From: a virus
Taxonomy: Duplodnaviria; Caudoviricetes
IMG/VR virus record: IMGVR_UViG_3300045912_000596
Span: 1 to 38,002 of that record
Length of the DNA stretch: 38,002 bases
Reading direction: 5' to 3' (one strand)
Shown: one piece after another, positions 16,409-24,499 of the stretch
Numbering within the stretch: the stretch's first letter is position 1
How the letters are laid out: every line of letters begins with the position of its first letter
Position numbers and translations under genes: made by a program
The notes under the pieces: model-generated
What the model was told of the DNA's origin: nothing
Database searches by the model: none
The model's input: the letters and a program-made list of their open reading frames with translations, nothing else

Positions 16409-16483
16409 GAACGGCATCGGCCTGCTGGTGGCAGATGTGATCCGGACCGCCGAAAGAAAGCAATGATTGCAGCGCGGTAGATG

Positions 16484-16560
16484 CTTGGCTCGGCTCCACC
16501 GCAGCGCGAATGGTCCGTCACGCGCAGGGGATGCCCTGCACCACGACGGAGACGACCATG
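16484..16560 (+). promoter_or_regulatory. Conserved leader/promoter motif, copy 1
   Basis: CTTGGCT-N7-ACCGCAGCGCGAA-N2-GTCCGTCAC-N-CGCAGG...ACGGAGACG..ATG; same spacing as copy 2. Confidence 0.7.
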
Positions 16561-16794
16561 ACCGACCGCGAAGCCCGCGCCGTGCGCAATCAGCAGAAGA
16601 GCCTCGAAGCCTTCCTGCAGCAGAAGGCCCGCTTCGACGCGATGGTCGCCGAACTGCAGCAAATGAGCGCAGATCACTTCGGGGCGGATCCCGAGGACGT
16701 CCTCTGGGGCAAGGCCGCGACGCTGGAACACTGGAACAGCCGGCTGGCGAGCGTGACGGACTGCTACTTCAAGCGCGGCGAATTCGCCGAGTAG
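16558..16794 (+). CDS. Small hypothetical phage protein
   Basis: GGAGA RBS; LEAFLQQKARFDAMVAELQQMSADHFGADPEDVLWG...FKRGEFAE. Confidence 0.8.
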   Translation: MTDREARAVRNQQKSLEAFLQQKARFDAMVAELQQMSADHFGADPEDVLWGKAATLEHWNSRLASVTDCYFKRGEFAE

Positions 16795-16904
16795 CGCGCA
16801 GCGCCCGCCGCGACGCGGCGCCGCCACCGCCCCGACAGGCAAGGCCTGCGGGGCTCGGGGTGGTAGCACCCGGCTGGTCGGGTGCCGAACCGGAGACCCC
16901 GACG

Positions 16905-17831
16905 ATGAAGCTTTCCGATACCCAGCGCGTGATCCTCAGCGCCGCCGCGCAGCATGAGATGGGCCTCGCCCGCGTGCCGAAGACCCTGCCGGCGGCCGCC
17001 CGCAACGCGGTGTTCCGAAGCCTGATCAAGAACAACCTGCTCATCGAGATCAACGCCCCGCGGGAGCATGTCGGGCTCGGCTGGCGCCAGGATGAGGACG
17101 GGACCTGGATCGTGGCGCGCATCACCGACGATGGGCTGCGCGCCATCGGCATCGATCCGAACGCGGGCGACGCGCCGGAGGAGGACGAGCAGAGCGCCGA
17201 GGCCATCGCACGGCGCAACGCCGAGCGCCGCGCCACCGCGGAGGCCGGCGCGACGGTGGCCGACGCGGCGCCCACGGGCGCGGATGAGGACGCGCTGCAG
17301 GGTGAGGACGCCCCGGTGTCGGAAGCCGCCCAGGGGGCGCCCCTGGCGCAGGACGAGGGGGATGCGGCGGAGGAGCCCATGGGCCAGGACGACCCGACCT
17401 ACCTGCCGATCGAGCAGGCGCTGATCCGCGCCATTGGCACGATCACAGCCCACGCTGCGGATCAGGGCGCCTGGTCGCGCTTCTGCGTGGACCACGCCGA
17501 TCTGGTGGCCGACCTGCGTGCAGCCGCTGCGCGTCGGCCCGGCCGTGCCCCGCGGGATCAGGCCACGAAGCGGGCCGACGGCACCCCGCGCAAGCCGCGC
17601 GAGGGCACGAAGCAGGAGACGGTGGTTTCGATGCTCCGCCGCGAGGAGGGGGCGACCATCGCGCAGATCTGCGAGGCGACGGGCTGGCAGCAGCACACGG
17701 TCCGCGGGTTCTTCGCGGGCCTGAAGAAGCGCCAGGGGATCGAGGTGCAGGTGCTGGAGCGGGTGCGCCAGGTCGGCCCGAACAAGGAGGGCGCCCGCGG
17801 CTCCTACAGCATCTACCGCATCGCCGACTGA
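16905..17831 (+). CDS. DUF3489-domain (winged-helix-like) protein
   Basis: MKLSDTQRVILSAAAQ; C-terminal REGTKQETVVSMLRREEGATIAQICEATGWQQHTVRGFFAG...YRI. Confidence 0.85.
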   Translation: MKLSDTQRVILSAAAQHEMGLARVPKTLPAAARNAVFRSLIKNNLLIEINAPREHVGLGWRQDEDGTWIVARITDDGLRAIGIDPNAGDAPEEDEQSAEAIARRNAERRATAEAGATVADAAPTGADEDALQGEDAPVSEAAQGAPLAQDEGDAAEEPMGQDDPTYLPIEQALIRAIGTITAHAADQGAWSRFCVDHADLVADLRAAAARRPGRAPRDQATKRADGTPRKPREGTKQETVVSMLRREEGATIAQICEATGWQQHTVRGFFAGLKKRQGIEVQVLERVRQVGPNKEGARGSYSIYRIAD

Positions 17832-17847
17832 TACCGCCGACGCCGCG

Positions 17848-17880
17848 ATCAGGGCCCGCCGCGCCGCGGCGGGTCTTGAT
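17848..17880. terminator. Hairpin at a convergent gene junction
   Basis: ATCAGGGCCCGCCGC-GCC-GCGGCGGGTCTTGAT (15-bp stem with two G-U pairs). Confidence 0.5.
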
Positions 17881-18115
17881 GCTTCTCCCTGGGCCTCGGC
17901 TTGGGCTTCGGCGGATCGAGCGCCAGGATCAATTCCTCGACCGTCCACTTCTGGCGCTTCGCCGACTTGGCGACGTCCAGCAGCACCTTCCTGGCGTCAT
18001 CGAGATAGAGCTTCACCATGCGCGGCGTGCCGCAGCGGTGTTCGGCGAGCGCCATCGCTTTCGCGGTCGCTGCGACCATCTTCTCGATGTCCTTCGGCGC
18101 GCTCGGCTGCGTCAT
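17849..18115 (-). CDS. Small basic hypothetical protein (antisense accessory gene)
   Basis: GAGGAAG before ATG; MTQPSAPKDIEKMVAATAKAMALAEHRCGTPRMVKLYLDDARKVLLDVAK. Confidence 0.65.
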   Translation of the reverse strand: MTQPSAPKDIEKMVAATAKAMALAEHRCGTPRMVKLYLDDARKVLLDVAKSAKRQKWTVEELILALDPPKPKPRPREKHQDPPRRGGP

Positions 18116-18203
18116 CTTCCTCGGCCCTCGATGGTCGAGGTGATGTCGCACGACGCGCCGCGCGGTGCCCATCAGAATCCGCGCTCGACTGCTCGTCATT
18201 CGC

Positions 18204-18280
18204 CTTGGCTGTGGGGAACCGCAGCGCGAAGCGTCCGTCACACGCAGGCAACCCGCCGCGCAGCACGGAGACGGACGATG
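18204..18280 (+). promoter_or_regulatory. Conserved leader/promoter motif, copy 2
   Basis: Same blocks as 16484-16560, offset exactly 1720 bp including the ATG. Confidence 0.7.
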
Positions 18281-18478
18281 CAGCAGACCGCCACCATCAC
18301 GCACCTCAAGGGCCTCGCTGACCACGCCCGCCTGAGCCACGCGCACTGGCTGCGCAGCGCGCGGCAGGGTGGCAGCGGGAACTACGGTCCCGCCTACTGC
18401 ATCGAGGGCGCCGGCATCTGGCGCCGCCGGCTCGGCGAGCTGCTGGCGCAGATCCGCGACGCGGAGCGCGCGCGATGA
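18278..18478 (+). CDS. Small hypothetical protein
   Basis: GGAGA RBS; MQQTATITHLKGLADHARLSHAHWLRSAR; ATGA-coupled to the next gene. Confidence 0.7.
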   Translation: MQQTATITHLKGLADHARLSHAHWLRSARQGGSGNYGPAYCIEGAGIWRRRLGELLAQIRDAERAR

Positions 18479-18762
18479 GCGCCCGCGGGGAACGTCGCTG
18501 GATTGTGCTCGGCCAGGACGGCCGGCACGTCACGCTCGGGCGCGCGGCGCCGCCCTCCGCAGAGGAGATCGCCGCCGCGAGCAAGGCGATGGAGACGCAG
18601 GGCCTCGCCGGCTGGATCGCCACGCTGGATGGCGACTACTGGGGGCGTGGGCGTGTGACGCTCGCGCCCGTGCAGATCATCGGCGCCGGCGCGACGCTGG
18701 ACTGGGCGGCCGCGGTCGCTGCCTTCGAGCAAGCCCGCCAGCGCGCGCGGCGCGCTGCCTGA
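18475..18762 (+). CDS. Small hypothetical protein
   Basis: RWIVLGQDGRHVTLGRAAPPSAEEI...GLAGWIATLDGDYW; coupled start. Confidence 0.72.
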   Translation: MSARGERRWIVLGQDGRHVTLGRAAPPSAEEIAAASKAMETQGLAGWIATLDGDYWGRGRVTLAPVQIIGAGATLDWAAAVAAFEQARQRARRAA

Positions 18763-18796
18763 CCCACACCCCGCGCGCGGCGGGAGAGATGCCGCC

Positions 18797-19321
18797 GTGC
18801 CAGAACTCACCCCTTCCACGCGCGAGGCCGCCCGCCGCATCGGCATCAGCGAGACGGCGTTGCGCAAGGCCGAGCAGACCAACCGTATCGCCCGCGAGCC
18901 GGATGGCCAGTGGGACATCGACAAGACCCGCCGACGCCTCGTGGAGACTGCCGACCCGGCCCGATCGCCGCTGGCGAGCGGTGGCGGTGGCGGCGGGGCG
19001 GAGGGAACGCCCTACGCCCGGCTGAAGGTCGCGCAGCTCGCGCTGAAGGTCGAGGCGCAGCGGCTCGCGCTCGACGAGAACAAGCGTCGTCTGCTCGACG
19101 CCGCAGAGGCCAACGCCACGATCGACGAGATCGCCGGCGCCATGCGCGACGCGCTGCTGAACTGGCCGGCCCGCGTCTCCGGCCTAATCGCCGCGGAGCT
19201 CGGTGTCGACCCACACCTGCTGCAGACAATCCTGCAGGGGCACATCACCGACTTGCTCTCGGAGGCGGCCGATCGCTTCGACCCTCCAGGCCTCGGCGGA
19301 GATCGGGCCGCGGACCCGTGA
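18797..19321 (+). CDS. Terminase small subunit (Nu1-like)
   Basis: N-terminal HTH STREAARRIGISETALRKAEQTNRI; coiled coil; RDALLNWPARVS; immediately precedes the GpA gene. Confidence 0.8.
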   Translation: MPELTPSTREAARRIGISETALRKAEQTNRIAREPDGQWDIDKTRRRLVETADPARSPLASGGGGGGAEGTPYARLKVAQLALKVEAQRLALDENKRRLLDAAEANATIDEIAGAMRDALLNWPARVSGLIAAELGVDPHLLQTILQGHITDLLSEAADRFDPPGLGGDRAADP

Positions 19322-21242
19322 CCATGTCCGGCGCCGGGCGGGGAGCATGCTCCGCCCGCCGCCGCAGCTCCGGGTCTCGGAATGGGCGGAGCGGCACCGG
19401 ATCCTCGGCAGCCGCGCCTCGTCGGAGCCGGGTCCCTGGCGGACCAGCCGCACTCCGTATCTGCGGGAAGTGATGGACGCGCTGTCAGCGGTGCATCCCG
19501 CCCGGCGCGTGGTGTTCATGAAGGGGGCGCAGGTCGGCGCCACCGAGGCCGGCAACAACTGGCTCGGCTACATCCTGCATCATGTGCCGGCCCCGGTGCT
19601 GGCGGTGCAGCCGACCGTCGAGCTGGCGAAGCGCTTCTCGCGCCAGCGCATCGACCCACTGCTGGAGGAGACCCCGGCACTGCGGGAGCGGGTCGCACCC
19701 GCCCGCGCGCGCGACAGCGGCAACACGCTGCTGTCGAAGGAATTCCCGGGCGGCATCCTGGTGCTGACCGGCGCCAACAGCGCGGTCGGGCTGCGCTCGA
19801 TGACGGCGCGGTTCCTCTTCCTCGACGAGATCGACGCCTATCCCGGCGACGTCGAGGGCGAAGGCGACCCGATCGCGCTGGCCGAGGCGCGGGCCCGCAC
19901 CTTCGGCTGGCGGCGCAAGGCCTTCCTGGTCTCGACGCCGACCATCGCCGGCCGCAGCCGGATCGAGCGGGAATACGCCGCCTCCGACCAGCGGCGCTAC
20001 TTCGTCCCGTGCCCGCACTGCGGCGAGATGCAGTGGCTGAAGTTCGAGCGGCTTCGCTGGGAGAAGGGCGAGCCGCGGTCGGCGCGCTACCACTGCGAGG
20101 CGTGCGACCACGGCATCGAGGAGCATCACAAGACGGCCATGCTGGCCGGCGGCGAATGGCGGGCGACCGCCACCGCCGAAGATCCGCACACGGTCGGGTT
20201 CCACATCTCGTCCCTCTACGCGCCGGTCGGCTGGTACTCGTGGGAGCAGGTCGCGCGGGATTGGGAGGCCGCGCAGGGCAAGCCCGAGGACCTGAAGACC
20301 TTCCGGAACACCGTGCTCGGCGAGACTTGGCAGGAGCGCGGCGAGGCGCCGGATTGGGAGCGCCTCGTCGAGCGGCGCGAGGACTTCCGGATGGGCGTCG
20401 TGCCCGCCGGCGCGCTGTGCCTCACCGCCGGCGTGGACGTCCAGGACGACCGCCTCGAGTGCGACGTCTGGGGCTGGGCGGAGGGCTTCTCGTCCTGGCT
20501 CGTGGATCACGTCGTGATCCCCGGCAGTCCGCGCGAGCGGGAGCCATGGGACGCGCTGGCGACGCTGCTGGCCAGGGATTGGCCCTGCCAGGGTGGCGGC
20601 GCGATGCGCATCGCGCGGCTCTGCGTCGACACGGGCGGGCGCGACACCGCCGCGGTCTATGGCCACCTGCGGCGCCTGCGGGATCCGCGAATCGCGCCGA
20701 CCAAGGGCGTGGACGGCTGGAACCGGGCACAGCCCGTGCAGGGCCCGACGCCGGTCGATGCGCTGGTCGATGGCCGCAAGCTCCGGCGCGGCCTGAAGCT
20801 CTGGACGGTGTCGGTCTCGACCTGGAAGGCCGATCTGTACCGCCGGCTCTGGCTCGGTCGCGGCGACACCGAGGAGTTCCCGCCCGGCTGGGTGCACCTG
20901 CCACAGGGCATCGAAGCCGAGTGGGTGAAGCAGCTCGTCGCCGAGCAGCTGCACACGGTGAAGGACCGCCGCGGCTTCGCGCGGCAGGAATGGGCGAAGC
21001 TGCGGGAGAGGAACGAGGCGCTGGACTGCGCCGTGCTGGCGCGGGCCGCGCTCTGGCTGCTCGGGGCCGACCGCTACGGCGAGCGTTTCTGGGCACAGCT
21101 GCGCGAGCAGGTCGCCAACGCCCCACTCCAACCGAGCGAGATTCCCACCGGTGGGAATGTCGCTCCGCCATCGGCGCCGGTCGCGCCCGACAACCATCGC
21201 CCGCGTGGCTGGCTCGCGCCGCGCAGCGGCTGGCTTCGCTGA
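19272..21242 (+). CDS. Terminase large subunit, lambda GpA family (start uncertain: ATC 19272 proposed, first ATG 19347)
   Basis: MKGAQVGATE, LFLDEID, STPT, CPHC/CEAC, nuclease GVDVQ, RNEALDC. Confidence 0.95.
   Translation: MASTLQASAEIGPRTRDHVRRRAGSMLRPPPQLRVSEWAERHRILGSRASSEPGPWRTSRTPYLREVMDALSAVHPARRVVFMKGAQVGATEAGNNWLGYILHHVPAPVLAVQPTVELAKRFSRQRIDPLLEETPALRERVAPARARDSGNTLLSKEFPGGILVLTGANSAVGLRSMTARFLFLDEIDAYPGDVEGEGDPIALAEARARTFGWRRKAFLVSTPTIAGRSRIEREYAASDQRRYFVPCPHCGEMQWLKFERLRWEKGEPRSARYHCEACDHGIEEHHKTAMLAGGEWRATATAEDPHTVGFHISSLYAPVGWYSWEQVARDWEAAQGKPEDLKTFRNTVLGETWQERGEAPDWERLVERREDFRMGVVPAGALCLTAGVDVQDDRLECDVWGWAEGFSSWLVDHVVIPGSPREREPWDALATLLARDWPCQGGGAMRIARLCVDTGGRDTAAVYGHLRRLRDPRIAPTKGVDGWNRAQPVQGPTPVDALVDGRKLRRGLKLWTVSVSTWKADLYRRLWLGRGDTEEFPPGWVHLPQGIEAEWVKQLVAEQLHTVKDRRGFARQEWAKLRERNEALDCAVLARAALWLLGADRYGERFWAQLREQVANAPLQPSEIPTGGNVAPPSAPVAPDNHRPRGWLAPRSGWLR
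21141..21158. repeat. Intragenic perfect 18-bp palindrome, copy 2
   Basis: ATTCCCACCGGTGGGAAT in the low-complexity 3' end of the terminase gene. Confidence 0.8.
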
Positions 21243-21257
21243 AGGGGGAGGACGCGC

Positions 21258-21494
21258 ATGGACCCGACCGTCCTCGCCTGGGCGCTGGCGCAGCCGGCCG
21301 GCAGCCGCGCGGCCGCGCTCGCCGCCGCCTACACCGGCGGCACCACGCGCGTGACCTTCGACGGGCGGACCGTGGAGTACCGCAGCCTGGACGAACTCGG
21401 CCGGGCGCTGGCGGTGCTGCGCGGCGCGGAGATGACGGCGGCGCGCCGTCCGTCCGTGACGCTGGCCAGCTTCTCACGCGAGGGAAGCAGGTGA
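21258..21494 (+). CDS. Head-tail joining protein (gpW-like)
   Basis: GTTRVTFDGRTVEYRSLDEL; between terminase and portal. Confidence 0.85.
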   Translation: MDPTVLAWALAQPAGSRAAALAAAYTGGTTRVTFDGRTVEYRSLDELGRALAVLRGAEMTAARRPSVTLASFSREGSR

Positions 21495-22960
21495 TGGGCC
21501 GGCTGCGAGACGCGTGGAACGCGCTGCGGGGCTATGCGGCAGCGCAGGACAGCCGCGCCTCCGCCTGGGCGCCGTCCGGTGGCAGCGCCACGGCCGAGGT
21601 CGGGATGGCCGCGGCGACGGTCGCACGGCGCGCCCGTGACGCTGTCCGCAACGACCCCTACGCCAGCCGCATCGTCGATCTCTGGACCGGCAATGCGGTG
21701 GGCGCCGGCATCACGACCCGCTGGCCGGATGGGCGCCATGCCGAGGCCTGGCGCCGCTGGTCGGAGAGCACGGCCTGTGATGCCGAGGGCCGCCTCGACC
21801 TCTACGGCCTGCAGGCGCTGGTCATGCGCGCAGTCGTCGAGAGCGGCGAGTGCTTCGTCCGCTTCCTGATGGTGCCGCCCTCGGCCGCCAACCCGATCGG
21901 GCTGCGGCTGCAAGTGCTGGAGAGCGACCACCTCGACACGGCGCGCAACGGGACGGTCGATGGCGCGCCGACCATCCAGGGCATCGCCCTCGGGGAGGCC
22001 GGCGAGCCGGTCGGCTACTGGCTGCACCGGGTGCACCCCGGCGCGACGTGGATGCTGCCAGGGGCAACCTGGCTGAGTAGCGAGCGGATCCCCGCATCGG
22101 AGGTGCTGCACGTCTACCGCAAGCGCCGCCCCGGCCAGCTGCGCGACGTGTCCTGGCTCGCCCCGGTGCTGCTCCGGCTGCGCGATCTCGGCGACTACGA
22201 GGCCGCCCTGCTGATGAAGGCCAAGATCGAAGCCTGCCTCGCCGCGGTGGTGACCGAGGAAGGCGACGAGGCCCTGACCGGCGCGGCCGCCGGCCTGCTC
22301 CGTGACGCCCAGGGCCGCACGGTCGAGAGCTTCGAGCCCGGGATGATCCTGTATCGCCGCGGCATGGGCAGCGTTGAGGTGGTGAACCCCTCCGGCGGCG
22401 GCAGCCACGCCGCCTTCGCCCGCCGCGCGCTCGAGGCGGCGTCGGTGGGCGCGGGCCTGACCTATGACCAGGTCTCCGGCGACCTTACTCAGGCGAACTA
22501 CTCGTCCCTCCGCGCCGGCAAGATCGAGTTCCGCCGCCTCTGCGAGCAGGTGCAGTACGGGATGCTCATCCCGATGCTGGTCCGGCCCATCGCGGACCGC
22601 TTCCACGCCCAGGGCGCGCTGCTCGGGCTGTGGGGTACCGACATGCCGGACGGCGTGAGCCACGTCCCACCCGCACACGAGATGATCGACCCGCTGAAGG
22701 ACACCACCGCGCTGATCGCCCAGGTGCGTGCGGGCTTCGTGCCGCAGCCCGAGGCCGCCGGCGCCTTCGGCTACGATTTTCGGGCCGCGGTGGAGATGAT
22801 CCGCGAGGCCAACGCGCTGCTCGACGAGGCGGGCATCTCCCTCGACACCGATCCGCGCCGCGTCGCGAAGTCCGGCGCCGCCCAGGACGCCGCTCAGATG
22901 GCCGCCGTCGAGATCGCCGCCACCGGCGCCGCCGCGCCTCCTGCAGGAGAACCCCGATGA
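21494..22960 (+). CDS. Portal protein, lambda family
   Basis: RRARDAVRNDPYA, ESGECF, RPGQLRDVSWLAPV, SGDLTQANYSSLRAG, IDPLKD. Confidence 0.95.
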   Translation: MGRLRDAWNALRGYAAAQDSRASAWAPSGGSATAEVGMAAATVARRARDAVRNDPYASRIVDLWTGNAVGAGITTRWPDGRHAEAWRRWSESTACDAEGRLDLYGLQALVMRAVVESGECFVRFLMVPPSAANPIGLRLQVLESDHLDTARNGTVDGAPTIQGIALGEAGEPVGYWLHRVHPGATWMLPGATWLSSERIPASEVLHVYRKRRPGQLRDVSWLAPVLLRLRDLGDYEAALLMKAKIEACLAAVVTEEGDEALTGAAAGLLRDAQGRTVESFEPGMILYRRGMGSVEVVNPSGGGSHAAFARRALEAASVGAGLTYDQVSGDLTQANYSSLRAGKIEFRRLCEQVQYGMLIPMLVRPIADRFHAQGALLGLWGTDMPDGVSHVPPAHEMIDPLKDTTALIAQVRAGFVPQPEAAGAFGYDFRAAVEMIREANALLDEAGISLDTDPRRVAKSGAAQDAAQMAAVEIAATGAAAPPAGEPR

Positions 22961-24450
22961 TCGCCGGCGCCTACGACTGGACGGACGACATGCTCAAGAT
23001 CAAGAGCATGCAGAAGAAGTTCCGCGACAGCTTCAACGGGACCGAGATCAACCCGGCTCGCTGGGACGTCGCGGCCACCGGCAGCGGCATGGCGCTCGCC
23101 GTCGCCGACGGCACCGTCACCATCTCCACCGGCACGACCCTCGACGACGAGATCGTGCTGACCAGCCGCACCGCCTTCACCATCCCGCTCCGGGTCATGG
23201 TGGCGGTGAACCTCAGCCAGCGCGTCGCCGGCCAGTCGGTCTGGCTCGAATTGGTCTCGGTCGATCCGACCTCCGCCCAGCCGGACGGCCGCAGCGCCGC
23301 CGCCTGGCGGCTCGACGGCACCAGCCCGACGCTCGCGAACTACGAGGTGGGGAGCGAGGGCGCGCCCCGCCTCGTTACCGCCTCCGCCTCGACGATCCCG
23401 ACCACGGCGCCGGCGGGTTGGTCGGTGCTGGAGATCGAGCCGACCAATGACGAGTGCTGGTTCCACGGCCGGCAGCTCGACACCACCGCGGCGCGATCGA
23501 ACTCCTATGTCCGCCACCAGCAGATCCCGGAGCCGAATGCGCTCTACCGCTTCCGGATCAGGGTGCGGAACCGGCAGTTCATCAACGGCATCTCCGCGGT
23601 CGCCAACAACGGCTCCGGCCTGGTGCGGATCACCCGGGCCGCGCATGGCTTCGCGACGAACGATGTGGTGACGGTCGCCGACGTCTCCGGCGTGCCGGGG
23701 GCGAACGGCGCCTTCACGATCACCGTGATCGACGCGAACAGCTTCGACCTCGTCGGCTCGACCTTCTCGGGGGCCTACCTCAACACCGGCTGGGCCTCGG
23801 TCAGCCGGAACCTGGCGCCAGCTTCCAGCACCGATGTGAAGGTGCAGTTCGTCACCATCGCCGACTACGCCGAGCTCACCACCGAGATCACCGCCGGCCG
23901 CGGCCAGTCGGTCGCTGGCCAGGGGCTCGGGGTGAACGTGCTGAGCACCATCGCGCCGACGCTGACGGCAGTGGGCGGCCAGGCCCGCAACACGAACGGC
24001 GCGTTGCCGGTACTCGTCGCGACCGGGCTATCGGCCAACCCCACGGCGGTGACCACCGGCCGCGGCATCGACCTCTTGGCAACGCTGATCGGCGCGCTGG
24101 TCAACAAGCCCTTTTCGATCCCGGAGGCGGACTGGCAGTACGCCGGCGCCGCGGGCGGGATCACTGGCACGGCGGACGTGGTGCTGAAGGCCGCGGCCGC
24201 CGCCGGCATCCGGAACTACGTGACCTCGATCGACCTGCGGAACGCCCACGCCACGGTGGCGACGGAGGTGGTGCTCAAGGACGGCGCGACGGTGATCTGG
24301 CGACAGCTGCTGCCGGCGGCGATGGCGACGCCGGTCGACATCACCTTCCCGACACCGCTGCGCGGCACGGCAGCGACGGCGGTGAACTTCGCCTGCCTGA
24401 CCACGGGCGCGCAGGTCTACGTCAACGCGCAGGGCTACGCCGCGCCGTGA
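22957..24450 (+). CDS. Beta-rich putative virion fibre/decoration protein with an FCCH-like insert
   Basis: AGGAG RBS and ATGA coupling; Thr/Ala/Gly-rich; internal VRITRAAHGFATNDVVTVADVSGVPGANGAFTITVIDANSFDL. Confidence 0.65.
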   Translation: MIAGAYDWTDDMLKIKSMQKKFRDSFNGTEINPARWDVAATGSGMALAVADGTVTISTGTTLDDEIVLTSRTAFTIPLRVMVAVNLSQRVAGQSVWLELVSVDPTSAQPDGRSAAAWRLDGTSPTLANYEVGSEGAPRLVTASASTIPTTAPAGWSVLEIEPTNDECWFHGRQLDTTAARSNSYVRHQQIPEPNALYRFRIRVRNRQFINGISAVANNGSGLVRITRAAHGFATNDVVTVADVSGVPGANGAFTITVIDANSFDLVGSTFSGAYLNTGWASVSRNLAPASSTDVKVQFVTIADYAELTTEITAGRGQSVAGQGLGVNVLSTIAPTLTAVGGQARNTNGALPVLVATGLSANPTAVTTGRGIDLLATLIGALVNKPFSIPEADWQYAGAAGGITGTADVVLKAAAAAGIRNYVTSIDLRNAHATVATEVVLKDGATVIWRQLLPAAMATPVDITFPTPLRGTAATAVNFACLTTGAQVYVNAQGYAAP

Positions 24451-24456
24451 CGGCCG

Positions 24457-24499
24457 TCGTCCACAGCTTTTCCCGCGCTTAGCCACAGGCTTATCCACA
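24457..24499 (+). promoter_or_regulatory. Phased array of DnaA-box-like 9-mers
   Basis: TCGTCCACA (24457), TTTTCCCGC (24468, weak), TTAGCCACA (24479), perfect TTATCCACA (24491-24499). Confidence 0.55.

Noticed and set aside
19382-21493. 1192-aa ORF suggesting a giant portal fusion
   Set aside because: The upstream part is an off-frame shadow of the terminase gene; the portal starts at the coupled ATG 21494.
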